The translations under genes were made by a program, and so were the position numbers. A DNA stretch of 64,000 bases from an uncultured Candidatus Sumerlaeota bacterium. Its GTDB lineage: Bacteria > CAYMEV01. Below the pieces are notes generated by a model. The model saw nothing but the letters and a program-made list of their open reading frames with translations. It did no database searches and had not been told where the DNA came from. The first letter of the stretch is position 1; each line of letters opens with the position of its first letter. The stretch spans positions 1 to 64,000 of the forward strand of contig CAYMEV010000009.1 of the NCBI GenBank assembly GCA_964389675.1, written 5' to 3'. This document shows, one piece after another, positions 20,027-28,489 of the stretch.

Positions 20027-20628
20027 TTATGGATAATAAACTAATAATTGCGACAAAGAATGAAAACAAGGTCAAAGAAATGACCAGGGCACTTAATGCA
20101 TTCTTTACAGAAATATATTCACTGAATCGGCTGGAAGGAATATTCGACATAATTGAAGACGGAGCATCATTTTACGATAATGCTATGAAAAAAGCACTAT
20201 ACATATATGAAAGGGCACATCAGCCTGTCCTTGCTGATGACTCAGGACTGTGCGTGGAAGCGCTTGACAACAGGCCAGGAATCTTCAGCTCCAGGTATGC
20301 AGGTGAGAATGCATGTGATAACGATAATAACATAAAGCTTCTTTCAGAGCTGCAGGGGATAGAAAACAGGAATGCCTACTTTGAATGCTGTATAATACTT
20401 ATTCTTGAAAGGGATACTATACTTAATGCCTCAGGAAGGGTTTACGGCAGGATAATAGACAAACCTGCAGGCAGCAACGGTTTCGGATACGACCCGCTAT
20501 TTTTCCTTGAAGATTATGGCAGGACGATGGCCCAGCTTTCACTTGATGAGAAAAACATGATAAGCCACAGAAGCCTGGCTCTCAGGAACATCCTTTCACA
20601 GCTGAAAACCCTTTGCCCTGAAAAATAA
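20023..20628 (+). CDS. rdgB: Non-canonical purine NTP pyrophosphatase (RdgB/HAM1)
   Basis: ATKNENK, ADDSGLCVEAL, PGIFSSRYAG, GFGYDPLF, KN.ISHR. Confidence 0.96.
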   Translation: MIMDNKLIIATKNENKVKEMTRALNAFFTEIYSLNRLEGIFDIIEDGASFYDNAMKKALYIYERAHQPVLADDSGLCVEALDNRPGIFSSRYAGENACDNDNNIKLLSELQGIENRNAYFECCIILILERDTILNASGRVYGRIIDKPAGSNGFGYDPLFFLEDYGRTMAQLSLDEKNMISHRSLALRNILSQLKTLCPEK

Positions 20629-20658
20629 GGCACTGAAGCAATATTGTATAAATCTGGG

Positions 20659-20868
20659 CTAATTGACACCTATCATTACATTTGATGCCTTAATGACTGC
20701 ATAGGCTTCTGAACCATTCTTCAGCTTCAGGTTTTCAGCTGATTTTCTTGTAATAATGGCAGAAATAATTATACCTGGCGCAATCTCTATTTCCACCTCA
20801 GCATTTACAGGACCAGGCACCATGCTAACGATCTTCCCCTTAAACTGATTCCTTGCACTTAATTTCAT
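20659..20868 (-). CDS. mop: Molbindin / TOBE-domain molybdate-binding protein (Mop)
   Basis: MKLSARNQFKG...SAIIT..SA..L.L..G..AYAVIKASNV. Confidence 0.92.
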   Translation of the reverse strand: MKLSARNQFKGKIVSMVPGPVNAEVEIEIAPGIIISAIITRKSAENLKLKNGSEAYAVIKASNVMIGVN

Positions 20869-21077
20869 ATCCTGACCTCCGGGTTATTTTTTTTATATTC
20901 ATGTGTGACTTCAGCTTCATATTATATAAGACATAAAATAATTAAAGACCTGTTCATCCTTAATGCACAAAGCATGCAGGCTTATACTTTTCCTTTCTCT
21001 GGCCTGCTGAAATACCAGGTGCTTAAAATCCGTTGAGCTGGCATAACTTAGAGGTTCTTCAGAAAAACTCAACCTGC

Positions 21078-21701
21078 TTAAAGATATCCCAGGTCTTCAA
21101 GCCTTTTTTTTATAACGGCTTCCTGATCACTTGTATAAGACTGCCCAGTTTCAAAGGTATGTTTATTTCCTATTTTGAGATAGCCGTTAAAATCCAGGAA
21201 ACCTATAATTGCCTTTGTGCATTCCTTTATATCATCAAGATAGGTATTCAGAACGATATCCGGGTTCTCGGGCTCTTCAAAGGCTGCATCCACACCAGGG
21301 ATGCCGTTTATCCTGTTCTCCCTCACCATCTCATACAGCCTGTGGGGATCTCTCTTTTCGCATTCTGACCTTTTGCATTTAGTATAAACAATTAGAGAAT
21401 CAGGAACTGATTCCTTTATGAACCTCCTCAGGGACTCCCTGGTAATCCTTAGGGAAAGAACAGGTATCTGAGAGGAGCTGAGCAGCAAAGAAGCAATATA
21501 TGAAGCCAGCCTGACAAGGTGCTCCTCATCTCCTGCCTCTGCAAACTCCTTTTTAAGGATATCATTGAGAAGGACATCTTCATCTATTCTCTGGACATTT
21601 ATTCCTGCATCTTTCAATGCAAAAGCCAGCTCATCAGCAATTGCGGACTTTCCTGATCCAGATATGCCTGTGAACCATATGCTGTACATGCTCTTGTTCA
21701 T
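21078..21701 (-). CDS. cysC: Adenylyl-sulfate (APS) kinase, divergent
   Basis: IWFTGISGSGKS, CEKRDP..LY, GVDAAFEEPENPD; C-terminal KKRLEDLGYL tail. Confidence 0.85.
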   Translation of the reverse strand: MNKSMYSIWFTGISGSGKSAIADELAFALKDAGINVQRIDEDVLLNDILKKEFAEAGDEEHLVRLASYIASLLLSSSQIPVLSLRITRESLRRFIKESVPDSLIVYTKCKRSECEKRDPHRLYEMVRENRINGIPGVDAAFEEPENPDIVLNTYLDDIKECTKAIIGFLDFNGYLKIGNKHTFETGQSYTSDQEAVIKKRLEDLGYL

Positions 21702-21722
21702 GCTGCTTCTCCTTTATCTGCA

Positions 21723-22565
21723 TTAGATCTCAGCGCCGATTGCCCCCTTGAAAAGGAAGCCACCTACAACTGAAAACACAAAGAAGAAGACGATATAATG
21801 GAATTTAATTCCAAAAACAGAGATCCTATTTTCATTATAGCTTATTGTAATTTCTTTTACAATATCTGAGTCAAAATTATTTAAAGGTTTTTCAAAGGGA
21901 TTTAAAAGGATCTCCAATATACCTGCTGAAGGCTTTTTATCACTGTATTTTCTCCTGAGGGGAGAATTGTTGAACATTTTTTTAATCTTATGGTCTTCAT
22001 TATTATATTTGAACCCTATATCAATATTCTCATTTTTCGGTTCTGTTACTTTAAGCTGATATACTATATAATTATTCGCTATATTCCTTAGCGGGCCTGC
22101 ATCAACAACAGCCTGTCCGTTAAGGTTGATATCCGGTTTCAGGTTCATTATATTGACATTATCTGCAAGATGTATCTTAAGAAGTGCTGTGTCTCCCTGG
22201 ATGTGAGCCCTCAGGCCATAGCGGAAATTAAGCTGTATGAGTATCAGCAGAACCGGAATAATCATGAATAACAATGGTACAGCTGAGTAACTGATATACC
22301 TGAGATTGTGCTTAAGTATTATTATAAGTATTTTTATAAGCTTTCCCGGGCTGAGGTCAAAAAGCCTTATCTCAAATATATGAGACTTTATCCTGTTTTT
22401 GATCTTTCTTATTGCATTCTGGTTTGAGGTAAGTTTAAAAATATAGACAAGCAATACCCCTGATAAAACAGATATGAAAAAAAGCCCCCAGAATTGACCC
22501 AGACCTGAAAAAGGAAAAAGCAGAATATCAAATATCGAATTGAGGATCTGGTTTATAAGAGTCAT
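21723..22565 (-). CDS. Membrane protein, possible EMC3/TMCO1 (DUF106) family with an inserted extracytoplasmic domain
   Basis: TM1, basic coiled coil (TSNQNAIRKIKNRIK), TM2 (PLLFMIIPVLLI), soluble domain, terminal TM3. Confidence 0.55.
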   Translation of the reverse strand: MTLINQILNSIFDILLFPFSGLGQFWGLFFISVLSGVLLVYIFKLTSNQNAIRKIKNRIKSHIFEIRLFDLSPGKLIKILIIILKHNLRYISYSAVPLLFMIIPVLLILIQLNFRYGLRAHIQGDTALLKIHLADNVNIMNLKPDINLNGQAVVDAGPLRNIANNYIVYQLKVTEPKNENIDIGFKYNNEDHKIKKMFNNSPLRRKYSDKKPSAGILEILLNPFEKPLNNFDSDIVKEITISYNENRISVFGIKFHYIVFFFVFSVVGGFLFKGAIGAEI

Positions 22566-22760
22566 TTAACCAAGGTATCCAAGCCCCTGCAGCTTCTTTT
22601 TTATCTCGTTTTCATCTTTTAATCCTTCGATCTGACTCAACTCCTTCTCAATAAGATGGACGACCAATTCATCCACACTGCTGTACCCTGCCTTTTTTGC
22701 AAAACCTAAAGCCCTGTCATATAAAGCCTTGTCAATACCAATCTTTTTCCTCCCGAACAT
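22566..22760 (-). CDS. Small ribbon-helix-helix (CopG-like) protein with LGY tail
   Basis: KIGIDKALYDRA...AGYSSVDELV...KKKLQGLGYLG; GGAGGAG RBS. Confidence 0.75.
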   Translation of the reverse strand: MFGRKKIGIDKALYDRALGFAKKAGYSSVDELVVHLIEKELSQIEGLKDENEIKKKLQGLGYLG

Positions 22761-22769
22761 ATGCTCCTC

Positions 22770-24875
22770 CTATTGTTCAAAACTGATTATTTTCCCGTCC
22801 ATATGGGCAGGCCTGTCAATCCCGAATAATGAAAGGACAGTCGGTGCAATATCCATTATATTAAGCTCATCATCCCTGATTTTTTTATTGCAAAAGAAAA
22901 TCCCTGGAACATCTTCAGGATTTACGCTGTGATCACCTGACCATAAGTTTGTATTATCTTCAAATATTTCTTCCGATATCTTTCCTTTTACTGAATCCCA
23001 CGAAGCCCTGTATCCTTCCCTATAACCTACAATAATGTCCGGTGCATTCGGTGTATAGGGCCCGTTGAATATCTCTGACTTTCTGTAGACCTTATTTATG
23101 CATCTCTGACCGGTATTTGGGTCAACCAGTGCCTCCAGCCCCTGAATTATCTTCTGCATTGTCTCCTCTATATCCTTTTCTTCCAGTATGCCTTCTGATT
23201 CTCTTTTCTTTATATTCAGATAAACACCCCCAAGGCCAAATCCGTATGCCATGGTGCGTGACCAGTCAACACCCTTATACCACTCGCCTGGAGGGGTATT
23301 GTCCTTCATTGAAAGAAGACCATTTTGCATAAGCCAGGCATTAAGGTTTATTCCCCTCTTAAACTGTTTGAATCCATGATCACTGATAATAAAAAGATAT
23401 TCATCATCTCCCATATCCTCCATGACTTTTCCGACAACAACATCCATCTTTTTATAGAGTTCCCTTATAATATCCTGTTTTGACCCTATATCCAGGCCCA
23501 TGTTGGCAGGATGCTCCTCATCAAGGTATCTGAAAAACATATGCTGCATCCTGTCTGTAGTGTCAAACACGCATACAACAACACCTTCCCTTATCTTTTT
23601 GAGAGAATCAAAAAGCATAAGCTCTCTTTCATTATGTATATCATATGTCTGCTTGATAAAGATATCATCGTCAATGATACCCTCACTCAGAGCCCATGTG
23701 TCTTCAGCAAGACCCAGGGTAGCATATTTGCCGAATTTTTTCGCCAGGTATATCGAATAGATAACTGGATTGCTGACTGGCATGGCAGGGTTCTCAGGAT
23801 CTATATTAATCGGTGTTACATAAAGCTCAAAATCTGGGGCTGTACTCTTGAGAAAGAACCTGGCAATCCCCCTGGCCTTGACCATAGGTGCCATCTTAAA
23901 GCTTATTTCTATCCAGTCGGTGTACTCCCCGGCCTTCAGCCTGTATTCTTTTTTATCCAGGACAAGAATTGCGTTATTATCATCCAGTATTTTCACCCTG
24001 AAATTTGTCCTTGCAAACTCCTGATCCTCTCTCATTGAATTTTCAGGCCCCTTCAGGTAGCTTGACACAATCCCGTTTTCAGAGGATACCTCTATTATCT
24101 GGCCACCCTCCTCTATATTCCTGTTCCTGTCTTTTCTTGATGTATAGAAAGTGAATGTACCCTGTGTGCCAAGTATATCAGGAACACACATTGCAGAGAG
24201 GCTTATGCCTTTGTGCTTTTCAGGGGGAAATGTTATTGGAACCCTCAGGATTATATTGTCTATTCCAAAATCTCCCAGGTATTTCCAGAATGGAATACTC
24301 TTCCTCATTAGAGTAATTACCGGCTTGCTCAGGGGGATTTTGTATTTCCCGATCTTCAGGCTTCTTTTGGAACCCTCTATATGCGTTGAGGAAAGGTCAG
24401 GCAGATATGTTGCCTTATCCCTGGAAAGAAAATCAAATATATTATGCTTCCCGGGATTACAGCCTGTCTGAAAACTGCTCCATGCAACAGGGCTTATGGC
24501 AGGCCTGGTGGTCTGCAGTTTGCTGAATGCATATTTTTCTGATATATTTTTAAGATTTGGAAGAATACCTTCATCTATGTACTTTCTCGTCAGGTCAGGG
24601 TCCATTCCGTCAAATCCGATCACAACAACCCTCTTTGTCCTTGAGTTTTTGATAATCCTGCGCTTCTTGTAGGATTTATATATATATCGTATCGGGTATG
24701 TCAGCAGAGAGAAGAAAACCAGAAAGAATGTTATAAACACCACAAAAAAGCTCGAGATAAATGCAAATCCTGCTCCTGGGCCCACATATGCATGTGAATA
24801 ATGAGCACATCCAAGGATAATAAAGAATAAAAAGAAAGTTAACCTGAAAGCAATTATTCTTATCTTAATGTTCAT
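22770..24875 (-). CDS. Alkaline-phosphatase superfamily / type I phosphodiesterase-nucleotide pyrophosphatase with N-terminal membrane anchor
   Basis: AYVGPGAG, VIGFDGMD, PAISPVAWSSFQTG.NPGKH, DRMQH, ISDHGF, SGDH, DIAPTVL. Confidence 0.9.
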   Translation of the reverse strand: MNIKIRIIAFRLTFFLFFIILGCAHYSHAYVGPGAGFAFISSFFVVFITFFLVFFSLLTYPIRYIYKSYKKRRIIKNSRTKRVVVIGFDGMDPDLTRKYIDEGILPNLKNISEKYAFSKLQTTRPAISPVAWSSFQTGCNPGKHNIFDFLSRDKATYLPDLSSTHIEGSKRSLKIGKYKIPLSKPVITLMRKSIPFWKYLGDFGIDNIILRVPITFPPEKHKGISLSAMCVPDILGTQGTFTFYTSRKDRNRNIEEGGQIIEVSSENGIVSSYLKGPENSMREDQEFARTNFRVKILDDNNAILVLDKKEYRLKAGEYTDWIEISFKMAPMVKARGIARFFLKSTAPDFELYVTPINIDPENPAMPVSNPVIYSIYLAKKFGKYATLGLAEDTWALSEGIIDDDIFIKQTYDIHNERELMLFDSLKKIREGVVVCVFDTTDRMQHMFFRYLDEEHPANMGLDIGSKQDIIRELYKKMDVVVGKVMEDMGDDEYLFIISDHGFKQFKRGINLNAWLMQNGLLSMKDNTPPGEWYKGVDWSRTMAYGFGLGGVYLNIKKRESEGILEEKDIEETMQKIIQGLEALVDPNTGQRCINKVYRKSEIFNGPYTPNAPDIIVGYREGYRASWDSVKGKISEEIFEDNTNLWSGDHSVNPEDVPGIFFCNKKIRDDELNIMDIAPTVLSLFGIDRPAHMDGKIISFEQ

Positions 24876-25036
24876 ATAATATATTCCTGTTTTAATAAAA
24901 AGCCTACGAGCGTAAAGTTATAATTGTTTAATAAATTATATCAAGAAAAAAGGTCTATTCTGTCAAAACAAAATAGAAATGAATCAAAAGGGACGGTTCC
25001 TTTTGTTTCATAAACGGCCCATCAGAAACTAAGGAG

Positions 25037-25064
25037 AAAAAAAGCAGGGGGCTGCGCCCCCTGC
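25037..25064 (-). terminator. GC-rich hairpin plus U7 (terminator and/or DGR homing hairpin)
   Basis: Minus strand reads GCAGGGGGC-GCA-GCCCCCTGC-TTTTTTT, 31 nt after the stop of 25096..26586. Confidence 0.8.
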
Positions 25065-25095
25065 AACCCTAAAGTATCAAATTTCCAAATAATCT

Positions 25096-26586
25096 CTATT
25101 GTCCTCCTCGGACAGGCCAGGCATAGTGCGTGCCCGTCTTATAGCCACAGTACACATAGCCGCTGTCCAGGTTCACGTACCACGCACCGTCAGTAACGTC
25201 CGCAAGGGTAGTAGACGACCAGTAGTGGTAGGACTGAACACCGGTAAAGGGATGACCGTCAGGCAGTGCAGCACCATAGTGTGCAATATCTATAAGGCTG
25301 TGAAGCTCAAGGATATTGGGCAATCTCCAGTCATCATGGCCTGCGTGATCAAGGGCATTACAGTAATCAATCGCATCATCCCATGTCTTATACCCGTCAA
25401 TATTGGCATCTTTAGCCCACATAAGGCCTGTAAGGTTATCCGTTACCGTCCCGTCTCCATTATCAGTAAAACGCGGTACAGGCAAGGATACACCCATCTG
25501 ATAGTCTCCGTCGTCTCCCGTCCTGTAGGATGTCGACTGACCTGTCCTGGGAACTGGAGCAGGACCGTGCGATACGCCCCGCACTGCCCAGGTATAGATA
25601 GTATTTGTCTTATCAGCAAACCATGAATCTCCATAATCAATACCAACATACCACACAATATCTGTATCGCCTGCATAAGTAGAGGATGACCAGTACCAGT
25701 TCTGAACATTTATAAAGGGATGGCCGTCAGGAAGCCCCGGGCTGTATTCTCCCCTGTCCAAAAGGCTAAAAAGCTCACGCCTGTTAGGAAGCCGCCAGTC
25801 ATCACGGCCCCCATGGGTAAGTGAATTGCACCAGTCTATGGCATCATCCCAGGTTTTTTGCCCGTCAATATTAGCATTCTTTGTCCACATCAGCCCTGTT
25901 AATTTGTCTGTTACTGTCCCATTACCATGGTCAGTAAAACGCGGCACTGGCCACTGGACTCCCATCTGATAATCTCCGTCATCTCCATCACGATAGGGTG
26001 TCGTCTGCCCTGTCCTGGGTACAGGGGCAAAAGTGCTCTCCTGATGGGGATATACATAAAAGGATATTCCCTCATAGGTCCAGTTGGGAAGCTGCATTAC
26101 TGTATCCCTCTCATGTTCGCTGATCGTATAGAGGTGACCACCACGGACATGGTTGAAAAAACGGTATACAGGTGTGGTATCTGTTGCAAAGCTTGCATAT
26201 ACATAGTATTTAATGCCTTCATAGTTGTAATGGTCAAGCTGCATTACTTCATCTCTCTCTGCTTCATTTATCGTGTAGAAGTGTATACCTGTCCTGGTAT
26301 TGAAAAAACGGTATACAGCACAGGTTCCTTCTGCCTGTGTCTCATGGACATCAAATTTTATCCCCTCATATGTCCACTGGGGCAAATTCTCCATTATATA
26401 GTCCCTTTCCACTTCCGATATGGTGTAGAGATGACCGCCCCTGGCCGTATTGAAAAAACGGTATACCGGTACCTGTCCGTCACGGCTGTTAAAGAACATC
26501 TCCAGTATACCATCGCCTGACTGATAACCTGAAAGCAGAACAGATAAAAACAGTAATGCCAGAATACAAAAAATTGCCCGCCTCAT
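25096..26586 (-). CDS. Secreted protein: DUF5648 triple repeat + two DUF1566 (Lcl C-terminal, CLec-like) domains; candidate DGR target
   Basis: Signal peptide, three VYRFFN..HLYT repeats, two PRFTD.G.GTVTD.LTGLMW...DWRLPN..EL...YWSS...W.V...W.VRG domains. Confidence 0.88.
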   Translation of the reverse strand: MRRAIFCILALLFLSVLLSGYQSGDGILEMFFNSRDGQVPVYRFFNTARGGHLYTISEVERDYIMENLPQWTYEGIKFDVHETQAEGTCAVYRFFNTRTGIHFYTINEAERDEVMQLDHYNYEGIKYYVYASFATDTTPVYRFFNHVRGGHLYTISEHERDTVMQLPNWTYEGISFYVYPHQESTFAPVPRTGQTTPYRDGDDGDYQMGVQWPVPRFTDHGNGTVTDKLTGLMWTKNANIDGQKTWDDAIDWCNSLTHGGRDDWRLPNRRELFSLLDRGEYSPGLPDGHPFINVQNWYWSSSTYAGDTDIVWYVGIDYGDSWFADKTNTIYTWAVRGVSHGPAPVPRTGQSTSYRTGDDGDYQMGVSLPVPRFTDNGDGTVTDNLTGLMWAKDANIDGYKTWDDAIDYCNALDHAGHDDWRLPNILELHSLIDIAHYGAALPDGHPFTGVQSYHYWSSTTLADVTDGAWYVNLDSGYVYCGYKTGTHYAWPVRGGQ

Positions 26587-26755
26587 TTATCCCTCCTTAT
26601 TCTCCTGGTATATAATAAACATTTTTATTCTGAAAATCAGATGCATAGTCCCATACCCCGTAAATAATTTGCTGATTCAGATATCTATTATAATACATTA
26701 CGATAACTTAGCCAAATAGAGAACCCCTGAAGTAAAAAGAACCTTCCCTTTTGCT

Positions 26756-28261
26756 TCATTCTGTCTTTTCCCTCTTAATAGGACCGTCAGTGTGCTTCAG
26801 CTTCTTTTTTTCAGTGACAGAATTCTCTTTTGCATCTTTTATCTGCTCTTTTTTTTCCTGGACCGGGGCCTTCTTTTTCTGCACATTCACTTCTTTCATT
26901 ATCTGGCTCTGTTTTGTCTTTAATGACTCCTTCTGGCTTTTATCAAGCTTTGGAATGATCGCCTCAAACTTTTCGGAGGTACCGGTATCCAGTCCGGCTT
27001 TCTCAAGGTCAGCTGTCTTGATCGTAAGCCTTTCTGCCGGCATGACCTTCTCCAGAAACTTTGCCCCGTCCTGGAACTCCTGTACCTGCGAGGATTGCAG
27101 TTTCGGTTTTATCTTTGAGCTGAATATGCTGTCAGGAAGCACTCTCATCGATACATCACTTGAAACAAAATCCTTGGATGTTACAAATACATATGGATTA
27201 TATGACGGATGAGAATAATCATAATTATAATTCCTTATCCGGCTATGATACACATGAGGCAATGGAGCAGGCCTCCAGCCTACATAACCCCTGATATAGT
27301 AAAAGACCACCATTGGCGGGTGCCATTCAAAATCCGGCAGCCATACCCATCCGTACCAGTAGTCAAAATACCAGTATCCGTAATAATAGGTCAGATTCCA
27401 GGGCTCGAAAGATATCCATATCCAGTTCCTTATACCGGGGGACCACCTCCAGTAACCATGGACAAATGGCCTCCACTGGTAAGATACATAGGGTTTCCAG
27501 ACCCTTACTCCGCCTATAAACACCCAGTAGCCGTAAGGATTCAGATAATGGTCAAATACCGTATTATAGCTTTCAGTTTCTTCCTGTCCAAGGACATAAA
27601 GCTCGGATGAATGATAATAAAACGGGAAATTGAACCTGATCACCGCACCATTCAGGTCATCAATGAAATATTCAATCGTTCTTTCAAAATTCCTGAAATC
27701 TTCAGATATCTGATCATAAGGAATACGGTAAATTGCGTCACTGCTGCCACGGTATATATTCCTGCTATTTCTGTATATTTGATTCCTCCCTGCAAGCACC
27801 AGCGGGAAATCACTCCCATAACCGAATCCTGAGCTGCTTATAAATGAGTATACAGGGTGGTATTCCGGCCAGTAACTGCTCCATAATGGTATCTGGCTTT
27901 CACGGTAGCTGAAACTTAATCTCCTGTCCCTGCTTGCGATTGCAAAGAGAAATACAGGGCCGCCTGCATCCGCCAGGACATTGTAATACCTTGTCAGAAA
28001 TATGCTCCCTGGCCTGACATAATTACTTTGAGTATCGCTGTTAGGGAATAATATCCTCACATCGCCATCCATATCCAGCCCGTAAACAATAAGGTAAGAC
28101 GGCTCCGAGACAGTAACCCTTATGTCAACGCTCTGCCCCTTTCTGTATATATTGCCTTCTATCTGGCCTGAAAGATCAATCCTCACACCTGATGCATATG
28201 AACTGAGGCTTATAGCAATTAGCAGGCAAAGCATAAAAAAGTATAATCTGTGTTTTAACAT
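26756..28261 (-). CDS. Secreted DUF4384 + aromatic-rich DUF6600-like protein (paralog 1)
   Basis: Signal peptide, SEPSYLIVYGLDMDGDVRILFPN, YGYW...WRPFVHGYWRW...YGWVWLP...W.P; Lys-rich tail. Confidence 0.7.
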   Translation of the reverse strand: MLKHRLYFFMLCLLIAISLSSYASGVRIDLSGQIEGNIYRKGQSVDIRVTVSEPSYLIVYGLDMDGDVRILFPNSDTQSNYVRPGSIFLTRYYNVLADAGGPVFLFAIASRDRRLSFSYRESQIPLWSSYWPEYHPVYSFISSSGFGYGSDFPLVLAGRNQIYRNSRNIYRGSSDAIYRIPYDQISEDFRNFERTIEYFIDDLNGAVIRFNFPFYYHSSELYVLGQEETESYNTVFDHYLNPYGYWVFIGGVRVWKPYVSYQWRPFVHGYWRWSPGIRNWIWISFEPWNLTYYYGYWYFDYWYGWVWLPDFEWHPPMVVFYYIRGYVGWRPAPLPHVYHSRIRNYNYDYSHPSYNPYVFVTSKDFVSSDVSMRVLPDSIFSSKIKPKLQSSQVQEFQDGAKFLEKVMPAERLTIKTADLEKAGLDTGTSEKFEAIIPKLDKSQKESLKTKQSQIMKEVNVQKKKAPVQEKKEQIKDAKENSVTEKKKLKHTDGPIKREKTE

Positions 28262-28489
28262 TTTTTACCCCTCCATTTTTTTCCTGTATTCAATTATACC
28301 ACATAATAATCCATCTTATAAGGATAAGCATTAAAATATTTTATAAATCCAATAAAAAAAGCAAGCCTTGATAGACTGAATAAAATGCATTTACAGAAAA
28401 ATTTAAAAAAACTGCAAAATCCATTGGGATAATCTGAAATTATATGGTAATATATGGGCACATAATGATTTTTTCAGGAGGTATGCAAT

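Noticed and set aside
5685-20868. Nitrogen-fixation cluster (rnf + NifB-like + Mop)
   Set aside because: No nifHDKEN, the radical SAM protein lacks NifB auxiliary cluster ligands, and the genes are not contiguous.
24876-26755. Complete local DGR cassette (template repeat + RT + Avd)
   Set aside because: No AAC-rich copy of the variable region in the flanking intergenic DNA and no RT motifs in any ORF. The upstream DUF1566 copy differs at non-adenine positions, so it is not a template.
25099-27832. Plus-strand ORFs of 130-200 aa opposite the DUF1566 and DUF4384 genes
   Set aside because: Antisense shadows with no RBS or recognisable motifs; the same applies to similar shadows across the window.
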